From NCBI RefSeq assembly GCF_963921235.1, contig NC_086101.1:31124001-31188000 (forward strand): a DNA stretch of 64,000 nt. Reading direction: 5' to 3'. Under the pieces are notes generated by a model. That model searched no databases, had not been told where the DNA came from, and saw nothing but the letters and a program-made list of their open reading frames with translations. Position numbers and translations under genes: made by a program. Position 1 is the first letter of the stretch; every line of letters starts with the position of its first letter. Positions 11,243-23,289 of this stretch are shown here, one piece after another. The DNA is from Mobula hypostoma. Taxonomy: Eukaryota.

Positions 11243-12609
11243 TCAGCTGCTGTGAGTACGGGACCACTGCCACCACGCTAAGGTGCCAATGCCCAGAGCG
11301 ATCGCAGAGAGCTCTGCGTTGCCCACCAGCGCACACCACACTGCATTGTAGAACAGCAGGCCCATCAGACTCCACAGGCTGTGTGCGGAGCCCCTCCGGG
11401 ACAACTGCAGCCCCACCATGCCGGATACGATCCAGATTAGACCCCAGAGTGGAGAGGAGCACAGCAGGAGAAGGCACAGGCCAGCGTAGCCCTGGGTGCC
11501 ACAACACCACCAGCAGACCTTGGAGACACTGCCACAGCCCAGCAATGATAAGAATGTTCCAGCATATCCCAGCACACCACAGCAGACCCACCAGATCCAA
11601 GCATTATTGTCTAACAGCCACAGGAGCCCTAGGAAGCCCACAAAGCTCAGCTCCAGCCAGGAAGGGACTGTGTAACCTCGGGATGACAGACACCACCCAA
11701 AGAAACTCAGCCCAACCAGGCAGATTCCAGGGAGCCCAGCAGAAGCCAGCAGGAAGCAGGAGAGCCCAGCGTGTCCCAGCACACCACAGTACTGCCAAGA
11801 GATCCCAGCCAGGTTCCTGTCGTCCAGCAGAGACCACCAGAGACCGGAAAATCCCAGCACACCACAGCAGACCAAGTACACCTCCAGAAAGTCGGCTCTC
11901 CCTGGCCAGGCAGCGGCAAGGGAGATCAGCAGGCCGGAACAGAGCCAGTCCCAGCGCCTGCCCGGGACCCCGTCGCTGCGGTCCCCAGGTGGAGCCGCGA
12001 GGATGGCATCCTCTCGCTTGGGCTCTGGCGGCCCAGCCAGCCTCTCCAGGCCCAGGCCGGGATCGTCGGCAGAAGAAGGGAGCAGCCGGAGGGGCTCGGC
12101 ATTCCTGCCACCCAGTGCCGCTCCTGGGCTGCAGAACGGGAAGAGCCTCTGGGTGAACCGGTCATGGTAGGTGTGGAAGTGGGACATCCCATCGGCGTTA
12201 TAAAAGGACACCCGGCCTCCCTCGTAGTCCAGGTAAACCCCCACCACCCGGGGCTGCAGATCCAGCTGCAGCTCCTCCGAGGCACCGGTGAAGGCCTTGT
12301 ATGTCACCCCGTTCCTGAGTCCCAGAGTCCAGTATCCGTGGGTCGGAGACAGCACAATGCTTCCCTTCCTCCTGGTCAGCTCGCTCGCCACCCCGACAGT
12401 CCAGGAGATCTTGCGGCCCACCTTCACCTCCCAGTAGTGCCTCCCCATCGCAACGCCCCCGAAGGCAAGGACACAGGGACTGGGGTCAAGGCTCAGCAGG
12501 TGTTCAGGCCACAGCTGCTTCTCGGGCCGGGGCCCCGTGCTGCTCAGATCCTCGGATAAGGAGAGCCACGGGCTGACTGTGGCCAGGTTAAGGATCAGTG
12601 GGCCGGAGC
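11243..12609 (-). CDS. Terminal exon: PRY-SPRY (about 12609-12077), acidic/Pro linker and hydrophobic tail (11953-11243)
   Basis: ORF 11243..12622; acceptor ttgtgttccacag| at 12610; canonical B30.2 motifs. Confidence 0.88.
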
Positions 12610-15600
12610 CTGTGGAACACAACAGAGGGCAGATCAGGGGGTCTCACTTCGTCTGAGCCGGCCAGAGATTCATTTGTACCCCTAGACCGATTACTACAGC
12701 AAGCTCAAACTAACCCTGTGACTGGACGTTACAGACGAAGAGTGGAACTCAAGTACCACCTCCCACTGAGGGAAAACAGCAGCAACATTTAAAACTGGGC
12801 CCAAGATTACACAGGGAAGTTTCTGTCAAGACATATGGAGGGGTGGGATGTGTAGGGAGAGCAATACACAAAATATGGGGCACTGGACATTAACGGCAGA
12901 CAGCCCTATACAAAATAAACCACCCAATCAGGCCAGATCTCCAAAAGGTAGACTCCCCAGTGGTGTACACTCCCCCCACAATATACCCACATATGCCCTC
13001 CACCATCCCACATATGCCCCATGACAATGTATCCACAGCAACCGGAATGAACACCTAGATATTCTGTCGGAACAGCTCTGGCTCTGACTCTGGTATGCTA
13101 GTTTGAATGCACGGGAAGGTAAGAAGCTGCAAAGTGTTGTGGGCAGAATACATCGCAGTACATCCCTCCCTGTCATCAGAATTAGCTGCAGAAGGTACTG
13201 CCTCAAACATCTAGCATCAGAGAACACCAAACTATCTGCTGGAAGAACTCACTGGCACAAGTGGCAACTGCATGAATGCTTCAACCCAAAATATCAATGA
13301 CTGCTTTCCTCCCACAGATGCTGCTTGACCTGCTGAGCTCCTCCAGCTGGTCGGTCGTTGCAGCAGAATCCAGCATCTGAAGTCTCTTGTGTCTCTACCA
13401 TCAAAGATCACCACTGTCCAGGCCATGCCATCTTCTTGCAGCTACCATTGGGCAGGAGGTATGGAAGCCTCAAGTCCCACGGGGTTCAGGAACGGCTACT
13501 TCCCTTCAAACATTCAATTCTTGAACCAGTCTGAACAACCCTAGTCACTGCCTCCTTAGATTGACATTTTGACAACTTTTCACTACAATGGGCTTTGCTT
13601 CTTTGTTCTGAACAAATTTATTTCTCATTTATGATTTTCTTGTGAATGTTGTGTATGTGATGCAATGGGCTTGTGATGCTGCTACATGTAAGTTTTCCAT
13701 TGCACCGTGCACACATGTATTTGTGCATTTGAAAATAAACTCAACTTTAACTTTGACTTTGACCAATTGTTGTCCCAAAAGCAACCTGGTCCTATATCAC
13801 GCTACTGCTTTTGCCATCTTTTCTCTGCTAACGTCCTGCTGTACTGTAACAAGCCCAGCAGAAGCAGCAGCTTATTGGCTGCAGGATAATCAATGTCTCT
13901 CCTTTTCCCCTGAATTGCCAGAACATTTAGCTGGGCATGGGAATGGGAAGCTGAAGGAAGATTTAGAAGGGAGAATAACTAACCTAGAAATAGACAGTGA
14001 GAAATCAGAAGATTGTGGGTGATTAATAATTGCAGAAGTGAAGTCTGGCTGTGTTTAATGGTACACATCCAATGCACAAAGAGAGATTGAGTCAGGAAAT
14101 AAGCTGAGGGCACTAAGGGACACATGGAGGAACAGTTAATTAGCTCAGTGAAAGTCAAAGTACTGTAGATACTAGAAATTGGAAATTTAATAAAAATAGA
14201 ACATGTTAGAAACGCTTAGCAGGTCAGGTAGCTTCTGTGGGGAGAGAAACAGAGCTAACCGGTCACGATGAAGACCTGATGAAGTCCAGACAAAAGGCCT
14301 TTGAGCTGAAATGTTAATTCTGTTTCTCCTCATGCAGGCCTGCTGGGTGCATCCAGAATTTTCTGTTTTTATTATAATTTAGCTAACAAGCAGGGACAGC
14401 AGTAGTCCCATTAAATGTCAGGAAAGACTGGGAGAGCTGAATGGCTCACTCTAGTGTTCCTATTTCAGGTCTTCTGTCCTTTGAGGCATTAGGAGTTTTC
14501 GGGATGAGACAGAAAGAGGAATAAAAAAAGATTGTGTTCAAGAAAGGGGCCAATAGGTCTTTAGAGCCCTCCCTTACTCCATCAGACACCCTTTCTGCAT
14601 TGTCCTCTCTCCCACTTCTCTTCAACACCTTCCATGTCCTCCCTCCCTCTGCTGGCGGCCGTTCAATGTCATTCATGGACAACTCTGCGCAATTGGTTCC
14701 CAGTGCAGTCCCAGCTCCACACTGGGCCAACCACTGTCTGGTGAGGGATCATCAGTGCTCTCTGTTCAGTGCGAAATCCTGGTGACTTCCCTGGAAACGG
14801 GGTTGCTGGTACGCTAAGCACGGAGAACACAGAACAGTACGCAAAGGGACAGACACTATGGCCCTCAAAGTTGTGCCAAACTAACTAAATTATTCATTAA
14901 ATGGCAGACCACAGTACTTGTGCTTGCAACACTGTGTGTCCGACAGAGTGATCAGCAGAACTGGGGCTCCACAGGGGACTGTCTTGTCTCCCTTTCTTTT
15001 CACCATTTACACCTCGGACTTCAACTACTGCACAGAGTCTTGTCATCTTCAGAAGTTTTCTGATGACTCTGTCATAGTTGGATGCATCAACAAGGGAGTT
15101 GAGGCTGAGTACAGGGCTACGGTAAGAAACTTTGTCACATGGTGTGAGCAGAAGCATCTGCAGCTTAATGTGAAAAAGACTAAGGAGCTGGTGGTGGACC
15201 TGAGGAGAGCTAAGGTACCGGTGACCCCTGTTTCCATCCAGGGGGTCAGTGTGGACTTGGTGGAGGATTACAAATACCTGGGGATACGAATTGACAATCA
15301 ACTGGACTGGTCAAAGAACACTGAGGCTGTCTACAAGAAGGGTCAGAGCCGTCTCTATTTCCTGAGGAGAATAAGGTTCTTTAACATCTGCCGGACAATG
15401 CTGAAGATGTTCTACAAGTCTGTGGTGGCTAGTGCTATCATGTTTGCTGTTGTGTGCTGGGTCAGCAGGCTGAGGGTAGCAGACACCAACAGAATCAACA
15501 AACTCATTCGTAAGACCAGTGATGTTGTGGGATGGAACTGGACTCTCTGACGGTGGTGTCTGAAAAGAGGATGCTGTCCAAGTTGCATGCCATCTTGGAC

Positions 15601-18600
15601 AATGTCTCCCATCCACTACATAATGTACTGGGTGGGCACAGGAGTACATTCAGCCAGAGACTCATCCCACCGAGATGCAACACAGAGTGTCATAGGAAGT
15701 CATTCCTGCCTGTGGCCATCAAACTTTACAACTCCTCCCTTGGAGGGTCAGACACCCTGAGCCAATAGGCTGGTCCTGGATTTATTTTACATATTACTAT
15801 TTAACTATTTATGGTTTTATTACTATTTATTATTTATGGTGCAACTGTAAATAATAAACGGGACGTTTTCAGAATGGCAGGCGGTGACTAGTGGGGTACC
15901 GCAAGGCTCAGTGCTGGGACCCCAGTTGTTTACAATATATATTAATGACTTGGATGAGGGAATTAAATGCAGCATCTCCAAGTTTGCGGATGACACGAAG
16001 CTGGGTGGCAGTGTTAGCAGTGAGGAGGATGCTAAGAGGATGCAGGGTGACTTGGATAGGTTGGGTGAGTGGGCAAACTCATGGCAGATGCAATTTAATG
16101 TGGATAAATGTGAAGTTATCCACTTTGGTGGCAAAAATAGGAAAACAGATTATTATCTGAATGGTGGCCGATTAGGAAAAGGGGAGGTGCAACGAGACCT
16201 GGGTGTCATTATACACCAGTCATTGAAAGTGGACATGCAGGTACAGCAGGCGGTGAAAAAGGCGAACGGTATGCTGGCATTTATAGCGAGAGGATTCGAG
16301 TACAGGAGCAGGGAGGTACTACTGCAGTTGTACAAGGCCTTGGTGAGACCACACCTGGAGTATTGTGTGCAGTTTTGGTCCCCTAATCTGAGGAAAGACA
16401 TCTTTGCCATAGAGGGAGTACAAAGAAGGTTCACCAGATTGATTCCTGGGATGGCAGGTCTTTCATATGAAGAAAGACTGGATGAACTGGGCTTGTACTC
16501 GTTGGAATTTAGAAGATTGAGGGGGGATCTGATTGAAACGTATAAGATCCTAAAGGGATTGGACAGGCTAGATGCGGGAAGATTGTTCCCGATGTTGGGG
16601 AGGTCCAGAACGAGGGGTCACAGTTTGAGGATAGAGGGGAAGCCTTTTAGGACCGAGATTAGGAAAAACTTCTTCACACAGAGAGTGGTGAATCTGTGGA
16701 ATTCTCTGCCACAGCAAACTGTTGAGGCCAGTTCATTAGCTATGTTTAAAAGGAAGTTAGATATGGCCCTTGTGGCTACAGGGGTCAGGGGGTATGGAGG
16801 GAAGGCTGGGTTCTGAGTTGGATGATCAGCCATGATCATAATAAATGGCGGTGCAGGCTCGAAGGGCCGAATGGCCTACTCCTGCACCTATTTTCTATGT
16901 TTCTATGTTTCTATGTAACGAAAACTAATTTCCCCCCAGGATCAATAAAGTATGACTATGACTATGACTAAATGCTTAACTAAGCTAATCCCTTCTGCCT
17001 ATACAATGTCTATATCTCTCCATTTCCTGCGCATTATGTACCTATCTAAGACTGTCTTAAGTACGTCTATCATATCTGCCCCCACACTAACCCTGGCAGT
17101 GCATTCCAGTCATTCTCCATTCCCTGAGTAAAAAGCTTGCCCCATGCGCCTTTGAATTTAACCTTCTCACCTTGAATGCATACCTCTAGTGTTAGCCATT
17201 ATGACCCAAGGAAAAAGACAGCAGCTATATCTATATGCCCATAACAATCTGTAATCACATGTTGCATATAGAGTTCATGGAAATTCTGATCACCGGAAAA
17301 GTTTGCAAAATCGCACAGTAACATATGTCGAAGAACCGCCCCGGAATTTCACAGACAGATGAGCCACAAGAGACAGCAGATGTCAGAATCTGGAGCAGCA
17401 CTCAATCTGCTGGAGAAACTGAGAGGGTCAAGCAGCATCCAAGGGGAGAAAGAAACTCTCAACATTTCAGGTAGAAACCCTGCATCAGAATGAGAGTGGA
17501 GAGGGGAAATGGCCAGAATAAAGAGGGGATGGGGAGCCATGAGACAGGCACCCGCAGGTGATTGGTGGACTTGATGGGGGAGTCTAGTACGAGAGGGCAT
17601 GACTTAAGGATTGAAGGGCACCCATTTAGAACAGAGATGCAAAGAAATTTTTTTAGCCAGAGGGTGGTGAATCTATGGAATTTGTTGCCACAGGCAGCAG
17701 TGGAGGCCAAGTCATTAGGTGTATTTAAGGCAGAGATTGATAGGTATCTGAGTAGCCAGGGCATCAAAGGTTATGGTGAGAAGGTGGGGGAGTGGGACTA
17801 AATGGGAGAATGGATCAGCTCATGATAAAATGTTGGAGCAGACTCGATGGGCTGAATGGCTGACTTCTGCTCCTTTGACTTATGGTCTTATGGACTGGCG
17901 GGGGGGGGTGAAATATGACAGGCATGTTACAGCAGGTATGGGAGAGGAAGGGTGGATTTGGACAGTGTCAGGAGGACGAGAGATGTAGGGGTGGGGGTAG
18001 AGACCATGAGTGAACTGCATATGTAGTAACTGGATGGAATCAGAAGGGGAAATGGCACAATGACGGGGGATGGGTGGATTGGCGGGGGGGGGGGTTGTGG
18101 GAAAGGGGACAAAAATGGGAGGACCAGACTAGGATGAGAGGTGAGTGGGACGGGGTGAAAAGGAGGAAGTGGGCATTCAGCCAAGTCAATTCACAGACCA
18201 AAATGGAGCGTGTGCAGTTCCTGTCAGGAGTTGTCTGCAGAACTCAGCACTGACCATGGTGGTCTAACACAAAGGTAATGAAGGCTCCTGTGGACTCACG
18301 GAGAGGGGGGCAGGCTGCTCTGCAGTCCCACGTAACCCAGGCCAATCGATTCCAATGGCACTGCAGGGTACTGGCCAGTGGAAGGGGGTAGAAAATTATA
18401 AGGGGCTGTGATAAGGGACCTGGAGCTTCAGATATCGGGGGATGGGTGGGGAGAGGGGAGGGTGGACTGAAATTGGGGGTGGAATACTGAAAACCAGGCA
18501 TAACCACGGCTGAATTATACAGAAAGAGGCCACTCATCACAACTCTTGCACCTGAACCTCCTCCAGCAATTCCTCAGCACAGCCCTCTATTCCTCCTTCT

Positions 18601-21514
18601 CATGGTGACCCATCTTCCTCTTAAACGTCTCTGCATTACTCAACGCAACCACGGGGAGTGGGGAGTGCTCACATTTACAATGCGCTTTGGGTAAAGAAGG
18701 TTCTCCCAATCACTCCTGAGGAGGGGTGATGTGTTCGGCATCTGCCAACTGAAGCAAAATGAGTCCAGCAAGTACAGCAGGATATTGGTTGTTGTTGTAT
18801 GGGCTGAGGAAAGGCAGATGGAGTTTAGTCTAGACAAGTGTGTGGAGTTGCACTTTGGGAGGTCAAATGTAAGAAGTAAGTACACAGTAAATGGCAGGGC
18901 CCTTGGGAGCACTGAAGTACAGAGAGACCTTTGGGTGCAAGTCCATAGCTCTCTGAGAGTGGCAACATATGTAGTTAGGATGGAAAAGAAGGTGTCTTCA
19001 TTGTTCAGGGTGCTGAGTTTAAAAGTTGGTAAGTCAGGTTGTAGTGTACAAATAAATTTTGGTTAGACTGTATTTGGAGATTTGTGTGCATTTCTGGTCA
19101 CCACATCACAGGAAGGACGTGGAGGTGTTGGCGAAGGTGTAGAAGAGGTTCACCACAATCCCCATCTGAAATAGAGAGCATGAGTTATAAGGAGAGGCTA
19201 GGCAAACTGGGATGGTTTATTTCGGAGTGTTGGAGACTGAGGGGTGACCTGACAGAAGATTATTAAAAATAGAGAGGGGTTAATTTAAGATGAGGGGGTG
19301 AACTTAAAGAAGATTTACAAGTTTTTTTACACAAAGTAGTAGATGCCTGGAGCACGCTGCCAGAGGTGATTGTGAGGCAGATATAACAATGTTCAGGAAG
19401 CATTTAGTCAGGCACATGGGCAGGCAGGAAATGGAAAGAAAAAGAGCATTTTCAAGTACATAGTATTAGTTCAAATTGGAATCATAGTCAGCATAGACAT
19501 TGTGGGCTGAAGTGCCTGTTCTTCTGTTGTGCTGTTCTGTGTAAAGTATCCTGGACAATATTCATCCTGTAGTTACATCACCTAGAAGCTATTCTGCTCA
19601 ATCTCTCTGCTGCTGAGGGCGTCTGCTGGTTGAAGTTTGATGTGGATGACAACGGGGACTGCTCTCCAGCCAAGCAGAGTCATTGAGTCATATACCATGG
19701 AAACAGGCCCTTTGTCCCAACTGGTCCATGTGGACCGAGATTCCCATCCAACCGAGTCCCATTTTCCCACACTTGGCCCATTTCCCTCTTAAACTTTCCT
19801 GCCTATGTGTCTATCCAAGTTCCTTTTTAATATTGTTAATGTACCTGCCTCAACTACTTCCTCAGGCAGCTCATTCAGTCTCATGACCAGTCTCTGGGTA
19901 AAACAAGTTGCCCTTCAGTTCCTTATTAAATCTCTTCCCTCACACTTTAAAACAATCCCTTCTAGTTCTTGATTCCCCAGTCCTGGGAAACAGACTATAC
20001 ACATTCACCCTGTTGATTTCCCTCATGATTTTATAGATCTCTACAAGATCATCCCTCATTCTTACTGTATACTGTATACTCCAGTGAAAAAATGTCCTAA
20101 CCTAATCGACCTCTCCCTCTACCTCAGTCCCTCAAATCCTGGCAACATTATTGTAATCTCACTCTTCCTAGTGTAACAGCATCTTGGGACATCCTGAGGC
20201 TGTGAATAGCCCCAAGGACCTCTTCCTTTCTTACCTGGTCTGATGACAGCTCCCAACTTTTTCCACAAACTGTACTTTAAAAGGCCTTTTGGTAAGTCCA
20301 GAGAGAGATCTTCAGATAAAGGCTGCAGGTCTTGTGAACACCTGTACATGTAGGAAGACTGTACATTAACAATACTAAAACAAAGCAAATGTCCCAATGT
20401 TGAACATTTTTGGATATCTATTCGCGAATGAACTACTTACCTCAGCTCTGAAAATCCCTTCAAAAACAGAAAGAAAAAATTAAGAGAATCAGAATCAGAA
20501 TTAATATCCTGCTTTATGTCGTGAAATTTGTTTTTGCTTTATCTTATTGTGAAATGCTGCTGTTATTTTTACCACCAGCAGAATATTTAATTGTGCCGTC
20601 TAGACAAATCACATAGTTGCTTCAACTGATTGCTCAACGGAGATGAAATTATACTCTGGCAAGCAATTAGCTCAAAAATTAAATGCATAACACAGACACT
20701 CACAGACTTACTCATCCATAAACCCACCTCTGATAATTGTTGGATGGTCTATTCCTTTTTAAATGAATATTAGGTACACCAATTTTTTTAATGTTTATAT
20801 TTTATATATTTACAGATCACAGCACGGTAACAGGCCCTTCTGGCCCAGCGAGCCTGCTCTGCCCAGTTACACCCTTGTGACCAATTCACCATTAACTACT
20901 ACTCGTTTGGAACATGGGAGGAAACCGGAGCCCCTGGCGGAAACCCACACAATCACATGGAGAAAGCACAAGCTCCTTACATTCAGCGGCAGTATTGACC
21001 CAAGGCCTCTGGTGCTGAACAGCATCATGCTGAACTCTACGCTACCATGGAGACCCTTATATTCTCTGTTTTAAGTTTATAACATGAATCCTGTTTGCTC
21101 CAGCTTGTACCTGCAGGAACTGAGAGCTGTCTTCATCCTGCAGCTGTTCCTCCGCCTTTGCCAGATCTGCTGTGATGCGTGTCAGACTTTCCTGGATCTC
21201 TTCCAGTCTCAGTTCCATCCTTTTCAAAATGTTCTGCTTTTTTCCTTCCAGCCTTTCGGCCACGGTTTGGACCTTTCCCTTCAAGAGCTCTGTTGTTTCA
21301 GCAAAGCAAAGTCGGACCTGGTCCACCTCAGTCACAAAAGCCTTCTGCAAGGCAGACAGATTCCAGTGTTAGCAAGCAGGCAGAGAACAAGTAACTGAGT
21401 GACCATGGAGGGGATGTCCATTGAACTCACCTCCAACTCAGCCATGTTCTGCTTCTGTTTAATCTGGGCACTGGCAATGGCCTTCAGTGTGTCCCAGATC
21501 TCATTCAGAGCGGC
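11243..21514 (-). CDS. TRIM-derived coiled-coil + B30.2/PRY-SPRY protein with long hydrophobic multi-TM-like C-terminal tail (5' end unresolved; 602 codons readable)
   Basis: Phase-compatible GT-AG exons: 21514-21431 (84 nt), 21344-21111 (234 nt, coiled coil), 20457-20441 (17 nt), 20341-20235 (107 nt, KGLLKYSLWKKLGAVIRP), 12609-11243 (1367 nt; GRHYWEVKV, VGVYLDYEGGRVSFYNAD, then the hydrophobic tail). The total of 1809 nt is open to the TGA. Confidence 0.8.
14903..16970 (+). mobile_element. Rex1/Babar-like LINE 3' part, interrupted by a CR1
   Basis: GAPQGTVLSPFLF, LQKFSDDS, YKYLG motifs; tail AATAAAGT(ATGACT)n at about 16944-16970. Confidence 0.85.
15851..16913 (+). mobile_element. Young 5'-truncated CR1 LINE (open RT C-terminal ORF 15884-16816)
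   Basis: GVPQGSVLGP and FADDTKL intact over 310 aa; (TTTCTATG)n tail; TSD TGTAA at 15846-15850 and 16914-16918. Confidence 0.92.
17578..17890 (+). mobile_element. CR1 3' fragment
   Basis: TRGH...FFSQRVVNLWN motif and CR1 3'UTR. Confidence 0.8.
18775..19540 (+). mobile_element. Decayed CR1 3' fragment
   Basis: QMEFSLDKCVELHFGRSN, QRDLWVQVH, MSYKERLGKLG. Confidence 0.75.
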
Positions 21515-22562
21515 CTACAATCACAAAGACAGAATTGAGTGAATCCATGCAGTGGGTTTGGACAGTGAGGCACAGTAGCCTATTTCACCTTCCAGTTTCA
21601 ATAAGAGTGAAAGAGTCCGTAACAATACACAACCACCCTGCAGATGTCATTTGCCCAACCGTTGGCTCTTGTGTCTTCAAATTCTGAGTCCAGAATACCC
21701 ACCCCTTCCCTTCCTCAGACAGTTCCGCCTCCAGCTCTCACCATTGGTCCAGAAAGTCCACGCGCTGACCAATGGAAAGGTCAGCAAGCTTTCCATTACC
21801 CAACCAGAGACTCCCCAATGGGCAGCCTAACCATCTGTCTTCATCCCACATCACTATGAACAGTACACAAAGAAGAAACGTTGTTGCCACTATGACCTTT
21901 TTTCTTCGGGATGTTGGACCCTGCAAAGGCCAGCAGTTTATTTGTCAATTCTTGGAATATATAGGACTATCCCATACCATTGGCAGCCCTGCTTCAGGGT
22001 CTAGGGAAAGTGCTCTGCAATTTACTTCATAAGTTCTTCCCAAGCAAACAACGCAGCCGACATAAGTACCATGGTCCAGTGAATATGCATATGCTTTACA
22101 GCACACGGGCACACAGAATCTCCACATGAACCTCATGAGCACACACTATGTAGAACACACACACACACACACGCACAATGTATAAGATATACGGACTAGT
22201 AAGGGCAGAAGTAGGAAGGGTATTGAAGCTTTCATCAGGTGGGGCGGGGGGGGAGTTACAGACCGGAATATAACTGTGTGCATCAGGCGTTTTGTATAAA
22301 CTATTAACACTCCCTAAACACGGACACAAAGTGATGGGGGTAAAGAGCGGGTCGAGCAGTATTTTTAGAGAAACAATTAATATCTCACGTCAAAGATGAT
22401 CAGAACTGAGACGTTCAACGCACCAAAGACGCTGCCCGACCCGCCGTGTGTTTCCAGTATTTTGTGTTTTGCAGCTCCTTGGAATTATTATTTTACAGTA
22501 TTCCCACTGGAGAGTGGCGTAAAGCTCAATTGCACAGGAGTAAAGCACCGAGAGCTGGAGTG

Positions 22563-22933
22563 NNNNNNNNNNNNNNNNNNNNNNNNNNNNNNNNNNNNNN
22601 NNNNNNNNNNNNNNNNNNNNNNNNNNNNNNNNNNNNNNNNNNNNNNNNNNNNNNNNNNNNNNNNNNNNNNNNNNNNNNNNNNNNNNNNNNNNNNNNNNNN
22701 NNNNNNNNNNNNNNNNNNNNNNNNNNNNNNNNNNNNNNNNNNNNNNNNNNNNNNNNNNNNNNNNNNNNNNNNNNNNNNNNNNNNNNNNNNNNNNNNNNNN
22801 NNNNNNNNNNNNNNNNNNNNNNNNNNNNNNNNNNNNNNNNNNNNNNNNNNNNNNNNNNNNNNNNNNNNNNNNNNNNNNNNNNNNNNNNNNNNNNNNNNNN
22901 NNNNNNNNNNNNNNNNNNNNNNNNNNNNNNNNN
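22563..22933. other. Assembly gap (371 N)
   Basis: Run of N. Confidence 1.
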
Positions 22934-23289
22934 ATGCCATGAACATCGATTTATTGAACTTCCGGAAATTGCCCCCCCCCCACCTTCTCCTTCACCATCC
23001 CGCATTCCTGATTCCCTCTCACCTTATCTCCTTACCTGCCCACCGCCTCCCTCTGGTGATCTCCCTCCTTCCCTTTCTTCCATGGTCTTCTATCGTCTCC
23101 CATCAGATTCCCCCTTCTCCAGCCTTTTATCTCTTTCACCAATCAACCTCCCAGCTCTTTACTTCACCCCTCCCCGTTTCACCTGTCACCTGCCACCTTG
23201 TACTACCTCCTCCCCTCCTCCCACCTTCTTACGCTGACCTCACCGAATAGACTTCTCGGCCCGAACAGTCGACTCTACTCTTTCATAAA

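Noticed and set aside
11383-12559. Long plus-strand ORFs (257 and 262 aa)
   Set aside because: Antisense shadows of the GC-rich B30.2/tail exon with no recognisable domains.
19582-19670. Extra exon of the membrane-tailed gene
   Set aside because: The phase-1 reading ends in a stop, and the alternative needs a weak GAG acceptor next to a LINE tail.
21738-22142. Cys-containing ORF 21945-22142 and RRKK+hydrophobic ORF 21738-21926 as N-terminal exons of the membrane-tailed gene
   Set aside because: Cys/His spacing fits neither RING nor B-box, and I could not build a convincing phase-compatible splice path.
22396-23250. ORFs spanning the N-run
   Set aside because: Artefacts of translating the assembly gap.
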